Of a stretch of 64,000 bases of DNA, positions 36,530 to 53,007 are shown piece after piece. The stretch is taken from NCBI RefSeq assembly GCF_009914755.1, contig NC_060930.1; one strand, given 5' to 3'. This stretch comes from the human T2T-CHM13v2.0 reference genome, Homo sapiens. The notes beneath the pieces are model-generated. The model was given only the letters and a program-made list of their open reading frames with translations, did no database searches and was not told the DNA's origin. How positions within the stretch are numbered: the stretch's first letter is position 1; the number at the start of each line of letters is the position of its first letter. Both the position numbers and the translations under genes were made by a program.

Positions 36530-37382
36530 CTGCAGGTGGACATTTTGAAAAACTGCTAAAATGTTTTCCAAAGTTACTGTACCATTTTACAATCACATCA
36601 GCAATGTATGAGGATTCCAGGATCTCTGCATCTTCACTGACACTTGCTATTGTCTGTCTTTATTTTAGCCATCCTAGCATGTATGCAATGTTATTTCATT
36701 GAGGATTTGATTTGCATTTCTTTAATAACCAATGAAGTTGAGCACATATTAACATTATCATTGTAAATTTGCTACCTTCTATAAATAAATGTCTACTCAA
36801 GTCAGCTGTCAATTTTTAACTGAATTATTTGTCATTTTATTACTGAGTCATAAAAGTTCTTTACATTCTTGGATAAGAGCCCCTTATCAGAAAAATAATT
36901 TGCAAATATTTGTTCCTATTCTGCATGTTTTCTTTTCACTTCCTTGATATCATTTGCACCCACAAAAGTTGTAATTTTGATGTAGTTCAATTTATTAAGT
37001 TTTTTTCTTTGCCATTTAACTTTCGTGTCATATCTAAGAAACCACTGCCTAACCCATAGTGGCAAACATACTTCTATGTTTTTTTCCAGGAGTTTTATAA
37101 CTTCAGCTCTTACATTTATTTCTTTTATCCATATTGAGCTAAATTTTTATAAACAGGATAAGAGTCCAACTTCATTTTTTTTGCATTTGGATAAACAGCT
37201 GTCCTACCACCACTTGTTGAAATGACTATTTTTTTCCACATTGAATGCTCTTGAAACCCTTGTAAAAAAAACCAATTAACCATGAATGTGTGAGGGTCTA
37301 TTTCTGGACTTTCTAAGCAATTATATTGATCTACATGTCTGTCCTTATGTCCACACTACACTTTCTTTTCTTTTCTTTTCTT

Positions 37383-37428
<46 letters not shown>

Positions 37429-38250
37429 AGATGGAGTCTCTCTCTGTTGCCCAGGCTGGAGTAGACAGGCACAATCTCAGCTCACTGCAACCTCCGCCTC
37501 CCATTTCAAGGGATCCTCCTGCCTCAGGCTCCCAAGAAACTGGGATTAAAGTTGCGCCCGCCACCACACCACACCCAGCTAACTTTTGTATTTTTAGTAG
37601 AGACAGGGTTTCACCATGTTGCCCAGGATGCTCTCAAACTCCTGATCTCAAGTGATTCACTCATGGTGGTCTCCCAAAGTGTTGGAATTACAGGTGTGAG
37701 TCACTGCACCCGGCCTACAATTTCTTTATTATTGTATTTTTGTAGTAAATTTTTAAATTTACTACACAAAGTATGAGTACTCAAAATATGTTCATCCTTT
37801 TCACAATCGTTTTTGTGATTTTAGGTCCCTTGGATTTCCATATGAATTTTTAGATTATTTTGTCAGTTATATAAGAAACTACCTGAAATGTTGATAGGGA
37901 TTTCACTGAATCTGTAGATCAGTAAGGGATATTATCATCTTAACAATATTTAGTCTTTCAAATGATGAACATGGGATACATTTACATTTAATTAGGCCTC
38001 CATTAATGTCTTTCAACAAAGTTTTATAATTTTCAGCATACAAGCCATGCCCTTATTTGTTAAATTCATTTCTAAGTATTTTCTCCTTTGATGCTATTGT
38101 AAATGGAATTTTAAAAATTCATTTTCAAACCCTTTTGTTGATGTATAGAAAAACAATTTATTTTTGTATGCGTTTGCATCCTGCAACCTTGCTAAACTCA
38201 CTTATTAGTTCTAATATTTTTGTGTGAGCACCAAAGGATTTTCTACATCA
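36530..38250 (-). mobile_element. Old L1M (ORF2 3' region)
   Basis: TACCATTTTACAATCACATCAGCAATGTATGAGG; TTTGCATTTC; CACCACTTGTTGAA; TTTCCATATGAATTTT; CTGCAACCTTGCTAAACTCACTTATTAGTTCTA. Confidence 0.85.
37369..37715 (-). mobile_element. Diverged AluS/J element with a 43-nt pure poly(A) tail
   Basis: T43 at 37385-37427, then GAGATGGAGTCTC...CACCCGGCC. TSD TACA(C/A)TTTCTTT at 37357-37368 and 37716-37727. Confidence 0.93.
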
Positions 38251-39069
38251 ATTATATTTTGATATTTATATCCTCTTAGCATTCTATATTCCTTGTTTCC
38301 CACAACATATTTTTGAAAGAAGTGTCATTTCATTTTTCTTCCATATCAGCAAAAATTTTTAATAAAATAAACTTAAGGAAGAAGCAATGGCTGAATGAGA
38401 AATTTCTTAGTCAACAAACAAAAGTTCTCCCTTAGAGAAATAAACACATTTGTTATAAAGCATGGCTCACTATTTTTTTATTCTAGTAAAATTAAAATTA
38501 ATACTGTGAAATAATGGCAGCACTCAGAGACTCTTTTCTGAGCTAAGGAATGAATAAAAATCCCTTGGCCATTGGGTACTTGATAAATCTTCAGTGAATG
38601 AATGTAAAAGTGAATGACATATATAAAAATACACAAAGTGTGCATAGTCCAGCTAAAAAAAGTCAGTGAATTCTCATCCCCAAATAAAGGTGTCAGTGTG
38701 GAAAAACAGCCTGCCACTAATTTTTGGCTTAGGCTGGCCAGTGAGAACACTGAGCCCTGTTTCACATGAATAAATGAAGAAAAAAAGAACAGAACTAAAC
38801 ATTAGAAATAATGTTTTAAAATGTAAATTAATTAAACAATTAGAAACATTGCTTTTAATGTTGTTGAGCTGCCTGTTTCTAAAAATATTAAAACAGAAAC
38901 AGAATAAGCATCTGTTATGGATTCTAGAAAGTGATTTCCCATTCTGGGTGAGTGAGTGGAGCCAATGACCTCAAGGTTTCCTTTAGGATCAATAACTTAT
39001 AAAAAGAGTCAAATTTTCTAACAAATAGTTAATACTGATTTTAGAAAACAGAATTTGAAATCCCTGTAT

Positions 39070-39870
39070 AGACTAACTTCTAACATTTGTAGAGCCTAGG
39101 GTAGTGGTGCAAATGGAATCTCCTATAGAATAAGTTGAAATATTTGGAGTTATAAGCCAAGTTAACAAACTGTCAAATAAAATAAATTCTATACTTCTAC
39201 TATGACAAATAGACCTTCTTATTCATATTGACTTTACATTCATTACTTCCCAATAAGTATACTTCCAATTAGGCAAAGAGCCTTATAGAATTTAGATTTC
39301 TAGAACTCCACCTGTGCCAGAACAGATAGGTATGGGAAGACCTAGACTCATTCTCAGTTCTGTACAGTACTACAAAAGGTTATGCTCACATTTGTGTGGG
39401 CATCCATTCCCAAACCACCAAGCTCCCTGTACAGACTCATGTCTTGGGATTCTTTAGGTCTGAGGTATGTACATCTGTGGTATGGTCTATCCTTGGGAAG
39501 ATGGACACTCAACCCACATTGCCAGTTTCAGTCACACATCCCCTGCATATATCCACTTCTTGGAAACTCTTCAGACTTAGATGTTCATTCACTAGCAATG
39601 AGGTCTGCTCACAGGTAGATGAGCTTGAGGGACAAACTTAAATAGGCCCTGGAGGTGGTTTGGGGGCCAAACAGGCAAGGACTTGGGGGATTTCAGGTGC
39701 TCAGAATATGTACTAGAGAATGACGAGGGGGATGCTGGCTCGACATGCTCACACCTGGGCCCTATGAAACTCCTTGCCTTATGGTGTGTGTACAGCCAGA
39801 AGAGAACCATAGGAAGCGCCCATAAAGCATAGATGTCTTCTCTAGCCCAGGTCTAATAGGTCCAGTACTA
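39070..39870 (-). mobile_element. MER115-like hAT-Tip100 DNA transposon
   Basis: CTAACATTTG..CAAATGGA..AAATATTT..GTTATAA..AACAAACTG.CAAATAAAATA at one end and GCCCAGGTCTAA...GTACT at the other. Both match the recalled MER115 consensus. Confidence 0.75.
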
Positions 39871-40555
39871 TGTCGTTCATTCTATAGTCTACTTTGCCCT
39901 CTAGCACTGCAGTATAAAAATCACAGTGTAGTATAAAAATGAGTATATCATGCAGTATAAAAATCACACTGACAAAAGAAGTTTCACAGTAAGTAGAGCA
40001 ACAATTTAATCTTTAAATCTTCTGGAAAAATTTCAGAACAAGGATGTAGAATATGAAGACTTCCCTTCAAAAATGGGTATTAAATTATAGTAAATGAATT
40101 TGTCATATATAGTAAATTTAACAGTCTTATGTAGTCCCTAAAATTCCATCACAAGCTGATGCAAATGGGATAAAGATAGGTACTGTGATATCAAGTTAAA
40201 ACTTGCAAACCCAATTTTGAACACAGATCAAACAATATTTGTGAAAACCTGTATTGTACTGAGGGAAACCTATGGTTACAATCAAATCAGCATGAATTTT
40301 AACTGGTATTATATACAATACATCACCAATCATCTACAGAAACTGTTCTTTAAGATTACTCTAAGAACACTGCTTCTATGGATAATGGGTCTTGAAGGAG
40401 TTTACCGTTCTTATAAGACATGCTATTTGCCAATTCAAGTATTTATCACACTCAGCATTAAAAATGAGCTTTCCTGAACCCAGTTTTTCAGACTAATAAA
40501 CATGAAATCCCTCTAGTGTGTCTAGTGGAGACAAAGTCCACTAACTTATAAATAT

Positions 40556-44151
<3,596 letters not shown>

Positions 44152-44371
44152 TTTTAGAGTAGGGACAAGAATTCTAATGCTGATATAAACAGAAGAAAGA
44201 AAGCTTATACTAAAATAGAACAGAAAAGGTATAGTTAGAATGTAATAGATGTGGCAGACATTTGAAAGGCATTTTGAAAGTTGTAAGAAGGGGCTGTGAA
44301 TCATTTAACATGCTTAGAATATTAGTGTGTAGTTTTTATTAAAATATCCAAAGTATTTTATGACTGTGCAT

Positions 44372-44535
44372 AAATGAAATTTACCTAGCATATAAATAGG
44401 AGACAATGAGGTACACATAGAAAATACACGCTTCTAACAAATTTCACAAATGAAATCTACCAAGTATATTAACAATAGAAGACAGTGAGCTACAGGTAGA
44501 AAAATACATGCTTCTTACAAAACTAATTTGCAAAT
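44372..44535. repeat. Old ~76-bp tandem duplication in unique sequence
   Basis: AAATGAAAT(T/C)TACC.AG.ATAT...AGACA(A/G)TGAG.TACA..TAGAAAATACA(C/T)GCTTCT.ACAAA starts at 44372 and again at 44448. Confidence 0.8.
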
Positions 44536-45429
44536 TCAAAGTTTCACTTTCGCTTTGGAAAAAAATTGGTTAGAAGAATAAAATAATTTGTTCCATGACT
44601 TTAAAAGACCATAAACTATTATATAGTCATTTGTGCCTAATACCTTAAGCTAGTGGGGCAAATAAGTCATTTTTATTAAAAATAGATAATATTCATTTTT
44701 ATTTAAAATAGATCATCATCAATAGACTATTGACATGACAATAGACATGTCAATGTTTACACAATTCAAAGTTACGCACGTTCGTAAGATTAAAGACATA
44801 AATATTTAGAGCATATGAAATATATCTCCTGGATTTCAGAAATATTTATTCTTATGGATATGTAAAAATTATCTATAAATAACCTTTAGGGTTGAAAACT
44901 CTAAGTAATTACTTAAATGAAGAAACAATAAATATTCATTTTTTAAAAAGTAGTTTTCAAGCATATAATACGTGAAAATAATCTTACAGAGAAATTGTAA
45001 TTGGGTATAGGACTTGTATTTATTCTGACTATGCACTTCAAACAAGTATACAAATTCTATTTTAATTGAAAATAGCAGTTTAAAACACGTTATACCATTC
45101 TCAAATATGTGTAATCAGTAAATAAGAATTTTGAAATGAATTCTTTAGAGACTGTGTTCTTAGAGACTCCCACACCAACTGTGACTAATATTTGACCTTC
45201 CAATCCAACTCATCATCTGTTGGTAACCTAAAAACATAGAAACTGTGTAACATCCTTAATCTCAAAAGTTTTTATCTTTATATATCTAAGACATTGCTCA
45301 ATTTTCCCAGTTTCCTTTTAAAATATTTTCAGTATACTCACACAATACATCATATGCAATCATAAGACAAAAGTATTATGCTGTATAATACAGAAAGAGA
45401 AAAACAGAGAGAGAGATTTTTTTTTTCTC

Positions 45430-46640
45430 CCTACTGACTAGCTGACTGGGACACATCAGTGAATAAAATAGAACAAAGTCTCTAGCCTTGGGTAGTCTAC
45501 TGTTATGTGGTATTCATCCTAGACCCAAGATATGTTATGGAAAAGGAAAACCAAAGTAGTTCCTTATGGTCTGCTTGGTAAGACAAATATAAATCTATTA
45601 ATACATAACTCAATACAAAGTCATGATCATGGTAAGTGCCACTAAAGAAAAGTACATGGTTCTGTGAGAGTTTACAGTGAATGGGTTCAGTCTATGATTT
45701 CAAAGGAGGCAATCTCAAGCAAGGGATCCCTGTTCTGAGAAATGAGGGATGAGACAACTGTGTGAAAAGGGTATGAAAATTTATTCCAGGAAGTAAAAAC
45801 AGCATGTGTGATCAGCTTATGGCAGAAAAGGTCATAGCAACTATAATTGATTGTATTTTATTATTTCCTGTCTGTCTTTCCTCAAAAGAATGCAATCTCT
45901 GAGGACATGAATGTTTGCTGTCTTTGTTTACTGCTATAACCCCAGCTCTTGGAATACAATTATTGTTCAGTAAAATTTATTGAAGGACCAGTGAAGTGAA
46001 TCTGCAGTAGAAGGAGCCAGGGGAAGCAAGCGTGGGAGGAGAGTGGAGAGGTATCCAGGAAAAACATCTTGCAGGTAATTTTAGGATGTGGTAAGGAGTT
46101 TTGTCTTCATCCTCATGGCAATGGGATGTTAGGGAATATTTTAAAGAAGTTAACATGAGCATATTTACCTAGAAAAACTGAAATACATGTTGGGGCGGTG
46201 GGAGGGCAGGGCTACAGATAGGATGCCAGTGCAATGTTTCAGGAAAGAGAAGAGCTAATGATGGTTTGGACTAGGGTGGTAATGGAGAGAAGTGAAATAA
46301 CTTGATATTTATTTAGAAGATAAATTTCAAAATACTAATGGGCAGAAAAGAGGAATATATAATAAAAGACTTCTGTGTTTTTGTTTTGCACCACTGGTAG
46401 TTGCATAAAATTCACTCAGAACAGGAGCACTGTGAAAGAATGAGTGTGCATCTTGTGGGTGGGGGAAAGGAGGGAGGAGAACCAGGAGATTTGTGTAAGA
46501 TGTTATGAGCTTGAGATGTTTGAAGCATCCATATGAGGTTATCCAATGCAGGTCAGGAGTGCACAAGGGGTAGCCATAGCTGAATCATAAAAGACTTTAT
46601 ATAAAAGTTACGTTTAAGACGGAATACTGGAGGGAATTGG
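45430..46640 (-). mobile_element. L2 fragments
   Basis: ACTGGGACACATCAGTGAATAAAA..AAAGTCTCTAGCC; GTAAGGAGTTTTG; GTTATGAGCTTGAGATGTTTG. Confidence 0.6.
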
Positions 46641-46707
46641 CAAGATCAGATTATTAACTGAGAAACAGCTATAACTAGCATTTATTTGGCACTTCCTACA
46701 TACCAAG

Positions 46708-47118
46708 TGCTATACTTTTGATGTTTGTCCTCCCGAACATTATGTTGAAATTCAGTGCCAAATTCTGGAAGGCCTAATGGCAGACGTTTGGATTATGGGG
46801 GCAGAGGTCCCAAGAATGGCTTGGTGCCTTCCCTGTGGTAACAAATAAGTTCTCACTCTATTAATTCACATGAGAGCTGGTTGTTAAAAAGTGCCTGCCT
46901 TCCCCTCTGCTCCGCTTGCTTCTCTCATGTGATCTGCACATCCCAGCTCCCCATCCCCTTCCACCATGAGTGGAAGCAGCTTGAGGCCCTCACCAGAAGC
47001 AGATGCTGGTGTCATCTTCCTTGTACAGCCTGTGGAACTGTGAGCCAAATAAATCTCTTTTGTTTACAAATATCATGCCTCAGGCATTCCTTTGTAGCAA
47101 CACAAATGGATTATGACA
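46708..47118 (+). mobile_element. MSTB1/2-type MaLR solo LTR
   Basis: Starts TGCTATA; AGTTCTCACTCTATTA; GAGGCCCTCACCAGAAGCAGATGCTGG; GAACTGTGAGCCAAATAAA; ends GGATTATGACA. Confidence 0.88.
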
Positions 47119-47302
47119 TGAGGCAATATAAAATTATTGGAAACTTACTAAAAGAGGATGAAGTGATATCAAAGATCTGTTGGAATGCACTGCAATATGT
47201 CAGTGCTAAAACTAAGACTGCAACAATGAGTTTGCTTAGCAAAGAACTGATTCATGAAATCCATGGAAAGTAGCTTTATGCAATGAGGTAAACTGGATAT
47301 TA

Positions 47303-47532
47303 CAAGTTGAGTATCCCTTGTCCAAAACTGGTTGGGACCAGAAGAGTTTTGGATTTGGGACTTTTTTGGTTTAGAAATATTTGCATTATACTTAAAGATG
47401 AGCATCCAAAATCTAAACATCTGCAAAATGTTTCAGTGAGCGTTCTCTTTAAGCACCGCGTCAGCACTCAAAAAGTAACCTATTTTGGAGCATTTCAGAT
47501 TTTGGATTTTCAGATTTGGGATGCCCAACCGG
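47303..47532. mobile_element. Tigger4a (MER46A/Zombi)-like DNA transposon
   Basis: TIRs CAAGTTGAGTATCCC / GGGATGCCCAACCGG, with a TA TSD on both sides. Confidence 0.85.
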
Positions 47533-47627
47533 TATTAGAATGCTAGATATCCTCTCATGTTTCTGTACTTTTTAGGAGAAAAGGTATTGACTGCTTTTAT
47601 TCCAGACTAATTTTTTGAAGATGTTTA

Positions 47628-47842
47628 CTGTGGTCTTTTGGTACAAATTATGGGTTGGTACCAGAACTCCAGTGTATACTCAACCCATGACTGTGAGGAA
47701 TCAGCATATACAAAAAGTTGGTCCTCACTATATGCAGGTTTCACATCCTGTGATTATTGTATTTTCCATGTGTATTTTGTTAAAAAAAAAATGTATAAAT
47801 GGGCCTATGTAGTTCAAGCCCATGTTATTCAAGGGTCAACAG
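47628..47842 (-). mobile_element. MER8-like (TcMar-Tigger) DNA transposon
   Basis: Ends TGTTATTCAAGGGTCAACAG followed by TA; internal AAAAGTTGGTCCTC and GCAGGTTTCACATCC; TA at 47626-47627. Confidence 0.8.
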
Positions 47843-47844
47843 TA

Positions 47845-48255
47845 TGTAGGAAACAGCCTCAGAGGACAGAAATAGTGTCTTCCTCTGGAGCAAAGGGAAT
47901 GTTTGTTAATTAATTAATATAACGAAGATCATATCTTCTTTTGGGGCAAAGTCAATCAGCTTACTGCCAATTTTAAAACATTCAGATTGCCTAAACTTGA
48001 AGTTCATCTTGTGTAACATAAGCCACTGCATGGTCAGGAATCATGTGGTCCATTTCAAAATACCTTGTGGGACCTGGAATTTAGGGAATTGGCACAAATG
48101 CTAATACTCTGGCTACTGCTACTACTATGAGTAATAAAGTCTTTCATTAATGACCCAGGAGCTTTATGTATTCTGACAATGTCCATAAAAATGTGGCAGG
48201 CTAACTTGTTAGTACACAAGTGAGGCAAAATGAAAGATATTTATAGTTCTTGACA
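47845..48255 (+). mobile_element. Ancient ERV solo LTR (MER90/LTR41-like; subfamily uncertain)
   Basis: TG...CA ends. ACTCTGGCTACTGCTA..TGAGTAATAAAGTC; TGTGGCAGGCTAACTTGTTAG; AGTTCTTGACA. Confidence 0.65.
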
Positions 48256-50674
48256 GTATTATGGTTAAGGGACCCAGAAATATTTGAATCTAGCCTTACT
48301 CAGCCACCATATCTTTCCTATTAGATCCCCAAATTTATAAGATTCAATGACAACACAAAGTAAGGTCTTCTTTATTACTGGCTGTGTTTGTGCCCCAAAT
48401 AACAATAAAGCATTCTGTCCAACTAGACAGAAATCACAGGTTAAAACCTACTACGGGTCTCCTTCCCTTTGGATAAGCCCAGATTTAATTTCAGGACCAG
48501 CTGATGGTCAGGACACAGGAAAGACAGAATCTGTGCATTAGAGAGAAAAGAAAAGAGTAGAGATGCAGGGTGAGGCAAAAATTAATGAAAAATAAGACAG
48601 GATGAAGACAGGTTTCCTTTCTCAGCAAGTTTCCTCCTCCCATGCCTCAAATAAAATCTGCACATCTTAGAATATAGGGAATGGTAGACAAGATTGTGTG
48701 TAGGATCATATCAAACTGTCTATCATGGATTACTGAATACTTTGTGATTATATTAACTGTGACAGGAAATGAAAGCGAAAGAGCAGGTTTGCTGGGATGG
48801 AGAATTTGGCTTTGGGAACTTGAGCATCCAAGAAGTATGGCAAAAGCAAAAAAGGATCAATAGCAAAAAATTGGGAAATGATGAATTTTAGTTGAAGAGA
48901 AGAGAAGCCAGCTTGCTGAAGGAGCTTAAGAGGAAATGGTCAAATGCTTAACAGTGAATAATAATATGGTTTACATATTAGAAATAAACATCCATTCATG
49001 CTATTTAAAATACTTGTTGGAGACTGAAGAGTCCGTATACAACAGAGAACCTCACTAAAAGTATCTTCAACAGAATATCCATTTAATTTTCAAAACTATG
49101 CATAAATTTAGAAAATCATTAACATGATAAGTAGAGTTCATTGAGCAAGTCTACTGAGGTTTCATTTTTCAACCTAAATGTTTATGCACAAACAGGTCAT
49201 AATAAATCTAGAAAATGCTCACAAAGGACATCTCTAACTGTGTAGCTTTTCTCAAAACGTTCTTTGGTAAAAAGAAACTGAAACATATATTGATTGAATC
49301 CATTGATTGTAAATAAATGGCATTCTCAGATGCCTTGTTATTAATAAGGCCACTTGTGTTTAGAAAATTCTAAACACTAATATTATGTTGAGTTCTATTT
49401 TTGCTGAATATTCTAATATATTTCACTATTCTTTCATTTGTTTAAATGTTTAAGTACCTTCAATAAAATAGGAAGAGTGATGCTTTCGGATATTCCTTAT
49501 AAATATAGAAATAAAAACTATAATAAGATTTTCAAGTCAGGAATAATTTTGATAATACTAACATAATTAATTACTCTTCCCAGTAAGTTTCAATTCTTTA
49601 TGATTCTATATCTGTTTTTCTGTCCCAAATTTCTGTTTTAGTTTGTTCCTTTATAAGTCACGTATATGTGTGGCAATAATGACTCTTACGTGGACAGTAT
49701 ATGAGGACAAGAACTGGGGACAGAAGCTAAAGAATATTTTGTTTTTCAGTGCTTGTGATGAAGAATAAAGTTTGACTTCAGTAAAAATTCCTTAATTTGT
49801 TTTAACTTGAAATTTCAATCCTAAGATTCATTCCCAAGAATAAAAAAAGTCCGTATCTTCTCTCTTCAAACTTACATGTACAGGTACATATACATGCCTG
49901 CAGATGTGTGTGTGCATAAAAACATCACAATGTAATGTATGAAAAAAGCAATGAACTTTAATCCTGTAAGACTTTAATTTTGTAGGGTTAAGTAGCTATC
50001 CTAGCTGTGATACTTCCTATCTGTGAGTTGCATTTTTCTTTTAAACTTGTTCAACATCTAATTTTCTAAATTATAAAACAGAATCATGTCTATGTTAAGA
50101 AAATCAGAGGAAAAAAGTGTAAAGATTCTGTAAATGATAAAGCATTATATAAAAATTAGAAAATCACATATGTACATATAAATACACTAATAATATCAAA
50201 ATTAATGATTTTAAAGGGTCTGCTATACTTCAGTATGTATTATCAATGTCTGCTTTATCCACAAATGCAAAGGCTGATGTGGTTTATACGATAAACAAGA
50301 CTCCTGGACCTACCAGTTTAAGCTTATAAACTGTAAAAGAAACCAGAGCCATTACATTACAAAACCTGATACCTACTTAGCCCTGAAGGTGAGTATGTAA
50401 AACCTGTACCAATTTATCTTACAAACTGCCTAAAGCCAAAGTAAAAATCCATGTGAATTTTAAGTTCAAAAAACTTGCAACTAATAAAAGATACACATAA
50501 TAAAACAAGAACATTTAATAGGAATCCACAAAGCTCTTTACTGTTAGCTAAGTGATATTACAACAGGATAAGCTGCCTTTGACATCTGTCAACCCCATTG
50601 ATTGTCATATGGCTAAACCTAATGTCATCTCTATATTTTGAGAAGCATTCCATACAAAGATTAAAACGATACTG

Positions 50675-52086
50675 GATTTTTTAAAAAATAATTATATTAT
50701 CTATATTTGATGTTTACAATATGATGTTAAGGAATACATATAGATACTAAGACGGTTCCTATAGTGAGGCAAAATAACATACACATCATCTCACATAGTT
50801 ACTTATTTTTTTGACAAGAGCAACTAAAATCTTATTTGACAAAAATCTCTAATACAATTTTATTAGCCTTTTGTTGTACATTAGATCTCTAAATGTGTTC
50901 ATCCTACACATCTGCTATTTTATAGACTTTGACCCACATCTCCTCATTTTCTCTGCCCCCTCTCACCCATGGTAAATGCTGCTTCAATCTCTATATCTGT
51001 ATAGTTGAATTATATTCTATATAGAAGTGAGATCAGGTAATATTTTTATTTCTGTATCTGGCTTATTTCACTTAGCATGATGTCCTCCATGTTCATCCAT
51101 GTAGTAACAAATGGCAATATCTACAAATTTTTTTCTTGTTTTTTACAGACAAGGTCTCCCTTTGTTGCACAGGCTTGAGTGCAGTGCTATTCACAAGCAC
51201 AATCATAGTGCGCTACAGTCCTGAACTCCTGGTCTCAAATGGTCCTCATGCTTCAGCCTCCCAAGTAGCTGGGACTACAGGGCACACCATCTTGTCAGAT
51301 AGGATCTCCTTTTTAAAAGTGAAAAACAACAGTAAAATATTATTGTATATGTACACATATTACCACATTTTCTTTATCTATTTGTGCACTGATGGACACT
51401 GAGGTAGTTTCAGTATCTAGCCTGGTGTGAATAATGCTGCAATGAACATGGGAATGCAGATACCTTTATGAGGTGGTTATTTCACCTCTTTTGGGTATAT
51501 ATTCAGAAGGGGGCTTGCTGGTTAGTATAATGGCTCTATTTTTAATTTATTTAAAAACCTCCATACTGTTTTCCATAATGGCTGTGCCAGTTTACATTCC
51601 TACCAAGAGTATACTAGGATTCACTTTTATCCACACCCTTGCCAACATTTGTTATCTCTTGTCATTTTTATAATAGCCATCCTAATGAGTGTTAGGTGGT
51701 ATCTGATAGTGGTTTCAACTTGCATTTCTCTGATGATTAGTGACGTTGAGAACCGTTTCATAGATATTGGCCATCTGCATGTCTTATTTGGAGAAATATC
51801 TATTCAGGTCTTTGTCCATAGGGGAAAAGCCCCTTGACATGGACCTTGGCAATGATTTTTTGTATATCACACCACAAGCTCAGGCTACAAAAGCAAAAAA
51901 TAAATAAATGGGACTACATCAAACTAAAAAGCTTCTGCACAACAAAGGAAACAATCAATGAAATAAAAAGACAACTTACAGATGGGGAAACATACTTCTT
52001 AGCCACATATCTGATAAAGGTTAATATTCAAAATTTATAAAGAGCTCCAACAACTCAGTCACAGAAAGCCAAATAACCTGATTAAA
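50675..52086 (-). mobile_element. L1MA-type 3' element with a 5' inversion (minus 50675-51819, plus 51817-52086)
   Basis: The minus 3' UTR/ORF2 end switches at TTTGTCCAT|AGGGGAAAAG to plus-strand ORF2 ([18 protein letters not shown]). Confidence 0.85.
51128..51296 (-). mobile_element. FAM (fossil Alu monomer)
   Basis: Diagnostic GCAGTGCTATTCACAAGCACAATCATAGTGCGCTACAG segment, with a T-rich tail on the left. Confidence 0.85.
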
Positions 52087-52467
52087 GGGAACTGTAGTTT
52101 TGACAGCATAAAGCAGTAAATAATTCCTTAGAAAAGGAAAAATAGAAACATACTTTTCAATATCTCTTTCCCCTACCACTCCTCTTTTGGTAGTGGAAAT
52201 AACAAAGTCAAAAGAGAAAAAGATTTGAAGAGAACAATTAAAGACAGAAAAAACAGAGGCAGAACATATTTTGTTAAAGGAAATGAGCTTCATTTTTGTG
52301 ATTTACAGCCCATTTCTCAATGAATTGTGTAAGCTCTCCATGTTCCATATGTATATAGATGTGTTTGCGTGTATACACACATCAACACACACATACCCGT
52401 CACTACCATGTTACCATTATAAATTGAGAATGCTACACAGATTGCCATTTAGAACTAATATGCCCTA

Positions 52468-53007
52468 TGTGATGGTTAATATTGCCAACTTGATTATATT
52501 GAAGGCTGCAAAGTATCGTTCCTGGGTGTGTTTATGAAGGTGTTGCCAAGGGAGATTACATTTGAATCAGTGGACTGGGAGAGGCAGACCCACCCTCAAT
52601 CTGGATTGGCACCCTCTAATCAGCTGCCAGCTTGGTTACAATAAAGTAGGCAGAAGAAGTTGGAAGAACTAGACTTGCTGAGTCTTCCAGCCTTCATCTT
52701 TCTCCTGTGCATGATGCTTCCTGCCCTCGAACATCATACTCCAAGTTCTTTAGCTTTTGGACTCTTGAATTCACACCAGTGATTTGCCAGGAGCTCTCAA
52801 GCCTTTGACCACACACTGAAGGCTGCACTATTGGCTTCCCTACTTTTGTAGTTTTGGGACTCAGACTAGCTTCCTTGATCCTCAGCTTGTGGATGGCCTA
52901 TTGAGGTACTTCATCTTGTGATTCTGTGAGTCAATACTTCTTAATAAACTCCCCTTCATATATACATCTATCCTACTTGTTCTGTCCCTCTAGAAAACCC
53001 TAATACA
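52468..53007 (+). mobile_element. MLT2A2-type ERVL (HERVL) solo LTR
   Basis: Starts TGTGATGGTTAATA; CAGTGGACTGGGAGAGGCAGACCCACCCTCAATCTGG; ends AACCCTAATACA. TSD CCCTA/TCCTA. Confidence 0.92.

Noticed and set aside
44729-44754. 9-bp inverted repeat ATTGACATG/CATGTCAAT with p53-like half-sites
   Set aside because: The stem is short enough to occur by chance in 64 kb, and one half-site has several mismatches to RRRCWWGYYY.
46150-46190. TTTTTCTAG|GTAAAT motif on the minus strand as a recursive splice site
   Set aside because: The pyrimidine tract is short, there is a competing AG about 10 nt upstream, the donor is weak, and it lies inside an L2 fragment.
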